Source: Eledone cirrhosa
Taxonomy: Eukaryota
NCBI GenBank assembly: GCA_964016885.1
Contig: OZ024743.1
Coordinates: forward strand, 327,174,001 to 327,238,000
Direction: 5' to 3'
Length of the DNA: 64,000 nucleotides
The position numbers were made by a program, and so were the translations under genes. The notes beneath the pieces were generated by a model. That model searched no databases, was not told where the DNA came from, and saw nothing but the letters and a program-made list of their open reading frames with translations. Of the stretch, positions 35,443 through 47,789 are shown piece by piece. Each line of letters starts with the position of its first letter. Positions within the stretch are counted from its first letter, which is position 1.

Positions 35443-35503
35443 TATGGAATACTGTTGGCTTCTTGCTACAATACTTTCTTATTTGTAAAACTGTTATATA
35501 TTG

Positions 35504-35568
35504 TATTTTGTCTGATGAAGGCATACCATAATTTAATTTAGTATCCCTGAAATATGTATAATGAAATA
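35504..35568 (+). ncRNA. Minimal type I hammerhead ribozyme
   Basis: Stem I TATTTTGT/ATGAAATA, CTGATGA, stem II AGG-C-ATAC..GTAT-C-CCT, GAAA, short TATGTA, ATA cleavage triplet. Confidence 0.75.
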
Positions 35569-38500
35569 AATATGGTTTTATAAATATAGTTTCCATTTAT
35601 TAATATCGTATATATATATATATACAATAAAAGATTTTTTATGTTTAAGATATAGGAATTTTTCTAAACTTATGGAAGTTCATAGATTTTTCGGAGAAAT
35701 CGGAGAAAAATCGTTTCTATGTAATAGCAATACAGCGTGAAGGAAATTGAGTTATTTACTTATATTAAATGTTATAAATGTTAAGATAATAAAAGAAAGT
35801 TAAGATTATAAAAACCTTATATTATTTAATAGTAAGTTATAATTTTATAAATTTTATAAATCTCATAAATCCACCTGTTATATAGTTGTGACTGTTATAA
35901 TATAAGTTTGTTTAGCATAAACCGTAAGAAACCCTTTATAACAGAGTGTATTCGAATTGTATATATATAGAGAGAGACATAGACACATGTACCCATACAC
36001 AGATATATACACATATAGGTAGACATACATCATATATATAGAGAGAGAGATAAATATAAAGTACATATTGTAAAATAAAAATGAGTTATAATTTTAAAAG
36101 GATTATAATTTTACGAGGAATTACAATTTGGAAATATATTCATATAATTTTTTTAAATATTTTAAGATAAAAATTTTTTAAAATATACAATATATATAAA
36201 AATTCAGTATAAAAATGAATTTTAATTTTTTTTATATAATATTTAACTCTCAGAATACTTAACTTAATTTTTTATAACCATACGAGAAATTTTCAAAAAA
36301 TAGGAGAAACTTTCAAAGAAAATATTTTCCAAAAATCTCATTTAAAAGCTTTCAGTATGTTTATCTAGAAAAATTTTCAAGGAGAGTTTTAAGCAAATTT
36401 TTTTTAAGGAGAGTTTTAAGCAGTCAAATGAAGGAATCTAATGATTTATCGATAGGTTCAATAGATTATTTAATAGAATGAGTTATATATTACATTTTAA
36501 ATTTATATTTAAACGTTGAATTCAATCTATGTTTGCAGCAACTGAAAAGATTGCTTCTTACGTTCACGGAATTTTTGCCTTTTAATATAAAGAATATTTC
36601 CTCTATACAAAGATCACAATTTTCGGAAGAGGCGTTAAATGGAGGAGCTTTTGAAATAATATTAATATTCCAAAGTAAAGAATATTTAATGTTCTTTGAT
36701 ATTATGGGACCTTAAAGGTCCCATAATAAGCTAGATAAAGAAGTTGAAGATTTTTTGTTTAAATTCGTAAAAGAGCATTTATGGTTATTAAAACGAGATT
36801 TAAAATCTGTGGAAGTAGATCCTACATAATTAAATGAATTTAAATTAGTTTTTACATTACAATTATATACTATATTTTTAGCTAAACAATTGTTATTTAA
36901 CGGAGAGTTAGATTTATTTCTACAGTTACATTTACCAAAATTCAAGTTACTAGGAGCTGTATTATTAAATTGGATATTGCTGGGGTTGTTAGTGGTATTT
37001 TGGTTAGGTTTTAAGTTTCTATTATTAATTCTATTAATATTCTGCGCTAAATTATTGGTGGTTGAATAAGTTAATTTTATAGTATGTCTATTAAATATTG
37101 AGTAATATCTATGTGTTCTAGGGAAGCATTTGTCAAGAGCTTTAAAGAATAGTTTAGCAATAGGAGTTTTAATATTTAATGAGAAAGGAGGAGCGAACCA
37201 TAATATATTCCTAGTTCTATTTCTTTTTTTGTTTTCCGAATTATTGTAAGGTTTTCTATTATAGTTGTTAAAATTGTTAAGATTATGGTTAGTTGTTATA
37301 TTATTATTCTTATCAATGTATTTAATTTTATTTCTATATCCAGCTCTACCTAACGCTTCGTATTAATAATGTGCTTTATCATCAAATATATTCCTATTAG
37401 CTGAAATTCTAGAAATGCGTTGCTGTACAGAATTCACTATAGTATTTTTAACGGATCTGGGGTGATTAGAGTTAAAATTAACGTAGTTTAAGTTCTCGTT
37501 TAGTTTGTGAAATGGATAATGAAGACATGTGTTATTCTTTACTTTGGAATATTATTTCAAAAGCTCCTCCATTTAACGCCTCTTCCGAAAATTGTGATCT
37601 TTGTATAGAGGAAATATTCTTTATATTAAAAAGCAAAAATTCCGTGAACGTGAGAAGCAATCTTTTCAGTTGCTGCAAACATAGATTGAATTCAACGTTT
37701 AAATATAAATTTAAAATGTAATATATAACTCATTCTATTAAATCTATTGAATCTATCGATAAATCATTAGATTCCTTCATTTGACTGCTTAAAACTCTCC
37801 TTAAAAAAAAAATTGCTTAAAACTCTCCTTGAAAATTTTTCTAGATAAACATACTGAAAGCTTTTAAATGAGATTTTTGGAAAATATTTTCTTTGAAAGT
37901 TTCTCCTATTTTTTGAAAATTTCTCTTTTTTTGAAAATTTCTCTTTCTTTGAAAATTTCTCGTATGGTTATAAAAAATTAAGTTAAGCATACTGAGAGTT
38001 AAATATTATATAAAAAAAATTAAAATTCATTTTTATACTGAATTTTTATATATATTCTTGTATATTTAAAAAAAATTATATCTTAAAATATTTTAAAAAA
38101 TTATATTGTTTTAAAGTTATATTGCTTAAAATTATATGAATATATTTCCAAATTGTAATTCCTCGTAAAATTATAATCCTTTTAAAATTATAACTCATTT
38201 TTTATTTTACATTATGTACTTTTTATATTTATCTCTCTCTATATATATATGATGTATGTCTACCTATATGTGTATATATCTGTGTATGGGTTGTATATAT
38301 GTATGGGTACATGTGTCTATGTCTCTCTCTATATATATATACAATTCGAATACACTCTGTTATAAAGGGTTTCTTACGGTTTATGCTAAACAAACTTATA
38401 TTATAACAGTCACAACTATATAACAGGTGGATTTATAAAATTTATAAAATTATAACTTACTATTAAATAACATAAGGTTTTTATAATCTTAACTTTCTTT

Positions 38501-38667
38501 TATTATCTTAACATTTATAACATTTAATATAAGTAAATAACTTAATTTCCTTCACGCTGTATTGCTATTACATAGAAACGATTTTTCTCCGATTTCTCCG
38601 AAAAATCTATGAACTTCCATAAGTTTAGAAAAATTCCTATATCTTAAACATAAAAAATCTTTTATTG

Positions 38668-38698
<31 letters not shown>

Positions 38699-39206
38699 AT
38701 GTATATATATATATGAATATATTCTTTTTAATAATATATAGATCTCAATTTTAATGTATAGATCTCAATAATTTAATTGATAATTTAATTGATAAACTAA
38801 ACATTTAATCAAATTTAAACATTAGATAAAATTCTCCGGTTATTATTTATTTATTTTCTATTCCCGCTTATTTACTCTGCCTAACTCATCCAATAAATAT
38901 TTATTTTTTCGCTTCATCTTAAAATTTGCGTTAATACAACAACCTATCACTTAGGGCTTTCTCTTTCTCTTTCTTTTGTTTTCTTCTTTTCCTCTTAGAG
39001 TTTGCTCTTTCTTTTCTCTTTTCCTTTTTTCTTTTTCCATATTCCAACGGCCTATTTTAAATCTACTGTGATTTTAACATATCCGACACTAATTTGCATA
39101 ATAGACTAAATAAATTTAATAACCCCACTATCCGGGAGCTTCCAACAGAAATGGTCGCATTCTTTAAGGGTATGTCAATATTTATTTATAACACTGATTT
39201 ATATTA

Positions 39207-39271
39207 TATTTTATCTGATGAAAGCGCACCATAATTTGACTTGGTGTCCTTGAAACATGCATAATGAAATA
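39207..39271 (+). ncRNA. Minimal type I hammerhead ribozyme (paralogue of 35504-35568)
   Basis: TATTTTAT/ATGAAATA, CTGATGA, AAG-C-GCACCA..TGGTGT-C-CTT, GAAA; compensatory changes relative to the other copy. Confidence 0.75.
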
Positions 39272-39775
39272 AATATGGTTTTATAAATATAGTTTCCATT
39301 TGTTAATATATCGTGTATATATATATATATATATATATATGGCTTATATTCCACCAAATTGAGATTTTGGCATAAGTTTAATGTGTTAAATTACTTCTTT
39401 GAGTTTGGTAATTTATCTGTATATTTCATCCTTCATTGAGATGTCTAAGCATCAGAGACAAATAACTAACACACACACACATATATACATATATATTGTT
39501 TCTGAGGATAGACGGTAAAATGGATGTTTTTTTCGAATAGTATGGAAATCAGTTGCATTAGTCAACATATCGATATATTTTACTTTAGTAAAACAATGGA
39601 TTGAATAACTACCACACCTTGTCTTATATTCTTTTCGTTGTTTAACATTATATATATGAAATAAATATATAACTTCTCTACAAATCTATTGAGTACTTTC
39701 TTTAACTGCGGTTTCTTTATGATACCCTTCGGAAAATCATTCTTATACACAAAGACAGACAGATACTATATATAT

Positions 39776-40628
39776 ATATTCATTAGTTAAACAAAACAAG
39801 ACCACAAATTTCACAAGGAAGACATTATTAAAAGATTGTCAACATATTTTAGTTTGATGTAAGGAATGTAGAGAATAATATTAATAATAATAATTGTTTC
39901 TACTTTAGGCACAAGGCCAGCAATTATCCAGTGCATTACTGGTACTTTATTTTATCGACCCCGTAAGGATGAAAGGCAAAGTCAACCTCGGCGGGATTTG
40001 AACTCAGATCGTAAAGGGACGTAACTATGCAAGAAAGCATGGCGTCGGACACTCTACCGATACTGCCAATCCACCTATTAATAATAATAATAATGTCCGT
40101 TTACAATTGTTTCGCTACTCCATATAATGTTTCTGGATCAAATGATTATAGATCATTATTGATCTGGTTCAGTTAAAAATAATTAACTTAGGTATAATTA
40201 GAGCAGCTCATCGGAACTTCAAAAGGAATATAAATTAAAATAAGGAAAGAATGTTACATGAATGTAATGTTCCATATATTTTAATCCAGAAACATTATAT
40301 GGAGTAGCGAAACAATTGTAAACGGACATTATTATTATTAATATTATTATCGGTAGAGGGTCGGAGGCCATGCTTTCCAGCATAGTTACGTCCCTTTACG
40401 ATCTGAGTTCAAATCCCGCCGAGGTTGACTTTGCCTTTCATCCTTACGGGGTCGATAAAATAAAGTACCAGTAATGCACTGGGTAATTGCTGGCCTTGTG
40501 CCTAAAGTAGAAACAATTATTATTATTATTCTCTACATTCCTTACATCAAACTAAAATATGTTGACAATACTTTAATAATATCTTCCTTGTGAAATGTGT
40601 GGCCTTGTTTTGCCTAACTAATGAATAT
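39776..40628. repeat. Foldback inverted repeat (~360-bp arms), each arm containing a SINE A
   Basis: 39776-40145 is the reverse complement of about 40277-40628 with scattered mismatches; SINEs at 39892-40075 (-) and 40349-40520 (+). Confidence 0.9.
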
Positions 40629-40814
40629 TTACAGCTCTGTGCACCTAACTTCTGCATGAACCCAGCCACCTAGCTGCCTTCCACTGCATATTGCAGATTG
40701 AGCACATGCTTTTACGCTTTGGCTTCTAACTAATTCACCAATCTCGCCTCTCCTATCTCCATCTCTCTCTTTAAGTTTGGTTACTCTTGAACTGTGTATA
40801 TATATATATATATA

Positions 40815-41390
40815 TTGTTTACAAACACACCGAGCATTATAATAAATGTTCGGTGAATCCATACGTACATATATATATGTGTGCATGTATGTATATATAT
40901 ATACATACTACTGTATGTCTGTATACAGATATGTATGTACGTGTACATACTTATACTTATATTTAAGTAACAGCCGTACTAAGAGTGGGAAATGAAATTT
41001 CGTTTCATTTTTCCGTTTATCGTTTTCGGTGCACCCGGCCGATTAACCCACTCGATATGCAAATTGGGCTAGTCAGCCGTTAATATGCATAAGGAAAGTA
41101 TATACTTTCAGACGTTCAACACTCTGGCAGGAAGGTATACGTTGCTGACGATAGCTAATAGGCTTGAAACTAGTACAGCGTTCCTTTGTCAGTGCTGAAC
41201 AAACGAGCAACGATGGTTGCTGGACACTATGGCTTAATACGGGATGTTTGTTTACAAACACACCGAGCCTTATAATAAATGTTCGGTGAATCCATACGTA
41301 CATATATATATATGTGTGCATGTATGTATATATATATATATACATACTACTGTATGTCTGTATACATATATATATGTACGTGTACATATA
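40815..41390 (+). mobile_element. Retrozyme-like or Penelope pLTR partial tandem (period ~433 bp)
   Basis: ~135-bp direct repeats starting at 40815 and 41248 flank a CpG-rich non-coding core with a hammerhead; embedded in (TA)n. Confidence 0.65.
41140..41180 (+). ncRNA. Minimal hammerhead ribozyme with palindromic stem III
   Basis: CGTTG-CTGACGA-T-AGCT-AATA-GGCT-T-GAAA-CTAG-TA-CAGCG; stem I CGTTG/CAGCG; GTA triplet. Confidence 0.8.
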
Positions 41391-41474
41391 TATATATAGC
41401 ATTTATTGATATTCCGAATGAAGATGAACAGAAAGTAATCATGAATTCCGAGATACCTAAATGGAACAATAACA

Positions 41475-41690
41475 AATATATTTAGTGGTTGATGCCGAGT
41501 GCTGCATGACAGGAATGAAAATCAGTGCTGTGAAAACTGAGGCATTCGTCCTCTCAAGGAAGCCTGCGCAGTGCATTCTACATATGAATGGAGTTCCACT
41601 GAAGCAGGTGGAGAAGATCAAGTAACTCGGGGCCGTGTTTACGAGTGATGGAAGGCAGATCACGAGCAAGATGGTTTGATAACAATCCAT
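41475..41690 (+). mobile_element. Short RTE RT fragment
   Basis: GMKISAVKTE..LSRKP..LKQVEKIK*LG.VFTSDGR; related to 60250-61080. Confidence 0.65.
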
Positions 41691-43415
41691 GAGATTGGCT
41701 GGTCTTACTTGAGGACCCTGTCCCCACGGCTCCCTCAAGAATAAGTGGGCGGCGAAGAAGAAAAAATTTAGTTTCTGATTTATTGGTTAAAGGAAACAAG
41801 ATAGTGTTTTATTTAAGAGTTTACACTGACAAGCTAAACTAGCTGTGCTGTTTAATATTGACTAATATTTTGTTAAGATATTGAGAGAAGAGCAATTTAA
41901 TAGGTAAATTTTCCACAATATGAAAAAAAGCGTGCTTGTAAGTGCACTATGATATAATAATCGTAAGCTAACTCTCAGCAGACAAATTATCAAAGGCATT
42001 CCCGTCTTTTTCTATAAATAGTTAATCTTGTGATTATATTATACGTGTCCTTAACCCCCCCCCCCCTCCCTCCACCCACACCACAGTAGGGTTTGGTTTT
42101 AGGGCTACTGAGTTACTATTTCTAGCAGGTCGAGTGACCACCACGTAAGACCGCTCCCTCGGTCTGTTTACAGTATAAATCAGTTTGTTATACCCATGAC
42201 ATTATTAGTTTATATACTTTGTTTCTTATGTGACAAGTTAAAACAAAAAACTACAGATCGAAATCATAAGCAAAATATTTCATTGATCATCTATTGATAC
42301 ATATATGTAGTCAAGAAAACAATATCTTTTTGGGGTTTATGGTGATGCAAAGTGTTACAAGTGTGTTAAAATTGTTTATATGTGTATGTGTGTGTGTATA
42401 GAGTACAGAGGTGACCGAGACTGCGTAAATGTGCATACATAGTAGATATGTAAACATGTCAAAATTTACGTAATTCCCAGTAAATTGAAAAAATGATATC
42501 TGCAATGGATTTTCGAACCTATTAGTGGTTCATTAAAAGAGAAATGTATAATCTAAACAGTGATATAAGCTCCTCAATAACGCATTTCCTTAAGGTTTAG
42601 ATGATATACATCTCTACTGATGAGACCCATGGGTACATGTCTCTCTCTCTCTCATATATATATAATATATATATGTGTGTGTGTGTTGGAATTGCTGATT
42701 TATATATATTTTTAATGATGTCTATACTCTACTAATTCAGTACTTTTATTTAAATTGTGGTCTTTTTCTGGTCCCCAAAGGGAATTCACCCCTAATTATA
42801 TTTATACGCACACAGTGTAAATTTATATAAACATTTACGTAATCTCGGTTACCTTTGTATTGTATAAACATAGATATAAATTTATTGTATACTTCGGCTG
42901 CTTCGTGCACAACTTAAATTTACCATATAATATAAGTTTTTCTTAAGGAATCGTAAGACAATGATACAAGAAATTGCATATAAAGAATACTTTCCCAAAA
43001 AGATTATTATTAGGAAAAAAACAGACATTACTTAGTTAAAGCAATGCTGAATTTGAAGTAAAGACTAAGAAAATAGTTTTAGAAAGAAAATCAACTATTA
43101 TTGAAGAATGTTATAGATATCTCTAAGCAGTCAGTCTAAATATCACGCAGGTAGGTTAACTAGATACAGGGGAATATAGAGAAACGAGGGTGTAGAGACG
43201 AAGTACCTCGAATAGGATAGCTATAATAATCAGATGTACGATGGAATAACCCACAAAGTATACTATTACAGTATTCTTAGATATGAATGACATAAATAAC
43301 GACAGGTGTATATATACCTATATATAAATATATATTCATGTTAGCAGATAATTTCAAGAATGCAATAATCAAAGCTTCACAAGAATATTATGATTATATG
43401 ACATAACTTAATTGG

Positions 43416-43486
<71 letters not shown>

Positions 43487-45240
43487 GATAAGAGGATTTT
43501 GATAGAATAAACTATTTTGTTGATATTGCTTGGGATGATATACCACCATATATATATGCGAATATTCTAAGATTTAAATTAAGGTTTATTCGAAAAGCTT
43601 ACTTGCATGGAATGAAACAAATACGTCAAATTATTATTATTTGTGGGCGAGAAAAGAAATTCAAGGTAGGAGGTTAAATTTAGGACAAAACGAAAAAAAT
43701 AAGCTGTGTATCTTAGATCAAAAAATATAAACAAAAGCATTTAACAGTGAATAAAGATGAATATAATAAAGTTATACATGTATACATGTACTTACTTAGT
43801 GATCAACTTATATATATATATACATGTATGTATCTATATATTTATATAGATAGATGTATGTGTATATATGTTGGTTTGTAAATATATCAAAATTATAGAT
43901 CTGAACCAGAAAACACAGTCACTTCCATCCTCAATTACTGAAGAGTTCATTATTTGTTTTCTTTCTAGGGATCAATTATTATTTATAATTCTAAGACACT
44001 CACACGAAGGAAAATAAACAAAAACACAAACTTAATTCATATTTAGAAGATAAAAAAATAAAATCTAAAAATAATAGCAATTGATAATGGACTAATTAAG
44101 AATATCTTATTTGGTAAACAACCGTCAACATCTCACACAATTTGTTAAACAATGATCTCTCCTAAACTAGTAATCGGAAGCTTCAAGTTGCTGCCGAAGA
44201 AATTTCTAAAAATGTATAATTATTTGATAAAGTGCTTATAAATTATCCTACAGAACAACTAGTCTATTTTTTAAAAGTTATTTTACTCCTTAAGTATAAG
44301 TTAAAAAAAAAACTTTATAAGTATACTATGTTTGAAACAATTTTTTTAAATGTAAGTATTTATAATCAGTAAATAAAAATAAACAATTTTACTGCAAATT
44401 AAAGAAATTTAACACATATCCGTGTTTCTGTATGGACGACAATGGGGAAAATTAGAATCTGAGAAAGCTAGCCTGTTGATGGAGAGAAAAATCAATTCAT
44501 TTTTCCCTAAAAAGATCTCCGTTTGAAATAACAGAACTCACCTCTCCTCAGGGCACACCAACTAATTTATCTGATTAACAGTTATCCCAATGTGTCTACT
44601 TTCTCGTTGAATAGAAAGTATGAAAAAGTATCCCAATTATTTTTTTAGTTGAATTTGAAGACTGGCAATCCTATTTTTAAGAGCAGGCACTATTAAGGCG
44701 TGGTTTGTCATAATAACTCTTGCTAAGTTTCCTACTTCTACTGCTTTATATTAAGAGTAGAAAACATTCTTTGCCTCAAGTTATTTATAGTTATAAAGAA
44801 TTATATTTTTAATGTTTATTTAATCGTATCTATAAACGCATTATTCAGATTGTTTTACCCATATACAACAGATATCGGATGTATATCGAATAATCAATAA
44901 TTGGTCCTAGGAATAACGCATTTCATATAATTATGCATACAAATAAACGACACGCATATTCAAGAACAGTTTACAAGGGACACTGGAATTTCCCCCCCGA
45001 TTTATCTCCTAGAAAGTTAAGCTTTAAAATAGTGGCAAAATCAAGGACCCAGTATCGTGGAAATTTACTTGTAAAGTCGATACAAGAGGTGACCAATTTC
45101 ATATTTATTATCGGAGGCGACTCTTATAATATTCATGGCTTTTTTTCTTTTGTTTTTAATATTCACACACATATTCTTTCTTTTAAGCGTGAAACTAATA
45201 AGGCTTAATGTTAATGCATCCGTTTTGTTTCTTGTATTCT

Positions 45241-45300
<60 letters not shown>

Positions 45301-45310
45301 ATGAGGAAAT

Positions 45311-45655
45311 AATAATTGTTTCTACTTTTTGGCACAAGGCCAGCAATTATCCAGTACATTACTGGTACTTTATTTTATCGATCACGTAACGATCAATGGC
45401 AAAGTTAACCTCGACCGAATTTGAACTCAAACCGTAAAGGGACGTAACTGTGCTAGAAAGCATGGCGTACAACCCTCTACTGATACTGCCAATTCACCGC
45501 GTTCAAAGCTAACTATTTTGAGGGAGGGGAAAGTTGATTAAATCGACCTCAGTACATTACTAGTACTTTATTTTATCGACCTCGTAAGAATGAAAGGCAA
45601 AGCTAACCTCGACGGGATTTGAACTGAGAACATAAAGGGACGTAATTATACGCTG
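45311..45655 (-). mobile_element. Two adjacent SINE A-type copies
   Basis: Same B box and central motif as 5792-5973. Confidence 0.8.
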
Positions 45656-46019
45656 CAAACAAAACCGAGGACCTGCACATTCAATTACACACCATAAGGG
45701 GTGCTGGAGTTTCCATCTAATAATTTTTTAAGCAAGCCAACACATTGCCAGGAGTGATAGCGAGGCTAAAACTACAGAATAACCAAGCATCCTCGCGGTC
45801 AGTGGAAGGGTCGTTTTAGCCATATAAAAACTGTTTACTTTATATTTAACATTTCCACTGCAACTGTGTCAATAACCAGATTTCAGAGAGTCGAACGAAA
45901 ATTTTGACACTAAGAAGTAAATGATAGATGTAAAGTTTGCAATTTTTATGTTTTTAAATGGCTAAAATAACTCTTCCACGCAGATATGCTTTTAGTTTTA
46001 ACACATGAAATAAAATTGA

Positions 46020-47520
46020 AATATGTCGTTAGTGTCCGGCGGCAAACTTATATTTTCGTAAAATGTTATGGTGTGTCAGTTGTATTGATGGCAGTGTACT
46101 ATCAGGTAGGTACGACAAAGTCGCGATTTCAACAGAAAATATACTCGGCGTTGGGGTGGACATAAGTATTATTTCTATTGTTCATTCATTTGGCGCTTAT
46201 ATTTCATTTTAGCTACGACATTGACAGAATGAATCCCGAATGCTTTGCGTCTAACTTTGACTTATGTCACCCACCATCGATCATAGATATTTTTATTTTC
46301 TACTTTATCTGATTTATTTTTTCTCTAAACTGTAAATTTACTTTTTTTTAAATTTATAGTTGGAGTAAATGAATTAACCAGAAAAACCAAGAGAAACTAT
46401 TTTCTGCTCGTTGGTAACATTTTGATGATTGTGTGTACTAAGCATAAGAAGTTCATGTCTCGCACTCGTCCTTGGTTGAAACCTGTTACTGATATGAGTG
46501 AATATAAAAACAGATTCACGGACACTCATATACCTACATTCACCTAGTTATGAATATTTTCATAGTGCTTATTGAAATAAAGGTAAATTTATAGAACACC
46601 TGACTCGATTTCAGTAGGGAAAATAAATGTTTTCCTTTTTTTTCTCGTGTGCTATCAACTAATCTAGCCTCCAAGATGCTAGCAATCAACCTTCGTTCTC
46701 CAGGGAAAAAGTTGATTGCCAGCATCTTGGAGGTTAGATAAGTTGATAGCACGCACTCACAAACAAAAATGGAGTGGGGTGTTCTATAGGCCAGCAATAA
46801 CACAGTACATTACTGGTACTTTTTTATCGACCTCTTAAGGATGAAAGGCAAAGTTAACCTCGGCATCAAAGCGTGGCGTTCAACCCTCTACCTATACTGC
46901 CAAACCAAATACCGAAATAGAATTGGTTTCTCTTGTTGGAATGTAACTCCCCATAATATCTAAATATTAAACCCGACAATATTAACGGAATCAATCTAGA
47001 ATTTCAGAAGACTACCAGGATAATGTCATTCTTTACTTCATAATATTTACATCCGATTCTAATTTTCTAAAATTAATTTTGTGTTACCAACGAATAAGTA
47101 CATAAAGAACAATTTACATGCTTTTTCTAACGTTTGAAATCCGTATGCACAAACACACCAAGTTCAAATGTCAACCTTATATAATCGTTATAACATCCTG
47201 CCTTCCTTATAAAAATGCAAGCTGATTGGCATAGTTTTAGAAAGAATGAAGCTGATGTTTTAGAATTTTATTCCATTTGGCTCCGGGTGCAGAGACTTTC
47301 ACCTTCGCTGCAGCATCCAGGATGTGGGAAGGAACAAAAGAGTCGCAAACAGTGGTGTCCCAAATGAAATATCTGCCTCTTACCCAGGGCAGAGAGTAAG
47401 TTTCTCAGGCTTCTTCCCATCAACATATGTATAATTCACTACTCAGAACTGAATATTTGATTTCTTTTTAGGAAACACACAAAATCAATGTTTATAGGGA
47501 ATGAAGCAGAATACTTCATT
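46020..47520 (+). other. Candidate 5' exons of an unidentified spliced plus-strand transcript
   Basis: CpG-retaining non-repeat sequence; donor CAG/gtaggt at 46106; exon-like 47264-47395 followed by a 76-nt gtaagt..tttctttttag intron; no recognisable protein. Confidence 0.35.
46649..46752. repeat. Hairpin with ~45-bp arms (MITE-like)
   Basis: gtgctatcaactaatctagcctccaagatgctagcaatcaac pairs with gttgattgccagcatcttggaggttagataagttgatagcac. Confidence 0.8.
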
Positions 47521-47678
47521 GTAGTGCACCTGAGCACTGTACACAATAATTTCATTATTATTATTATTATTATTAATATATACTTATACCAGAGTTGTAG
47601 TGCACCTGAGCACTGTACACAATAATTTCATTATTATTATTATTATTATTATTATTAATATATACTTATACCAGAGTT
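47519..47678 (+). mobile_element. Two ultra-short CR1 3' tails
   Basis: ttgtagtgcacctgagcactgtacacaataatttc(att)n twice, each followed by aatatatacttataccagagtt. Confidence 0.85.
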
Positions 47679-47789
47679 CCATTGTCTATTGCAATCAATA
47701 CAAATATCCGATAGCAACAAAATCTCTATTATCTTTAAAATGGAAGAACATATAAAAAAAACAACAGACTCTTGCTGCTAACTACTCCA

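Larger units (their letters stand above)
35143..39314. mobile_element. Penelope-like element complex with inverted pseudo-LTR
   Basis: Minus strand 37510 to 36490 encodes RT thumb (YVNFNSNHP), linker (ILWFAPPFS, FPRTHRY) and GIY-YIG (CNC..IVY..YVGST..FKSRFNNH..CDLCIEE); arms 35610-36685 and 37532-38680 are inverted copies; hammerhead-bearing ends at 35443-35608 and 39100-39314. Confidence 0.92.

Noticed and set aside
42900-45240. Possible very old Penelope ORF on the plus strand (TMG-like and FKIVAK-like fragments)
   Set aside because: Motifs too degraded to support a call by eye; needs a translated HMM search.
47264-47300. FIPFGSGCR resembling the cytochrome P450 heme motif
   Set aside because: The invariant Cys of FxxGxRxCxG is absent at the required position, and no other P450 exons are visible.
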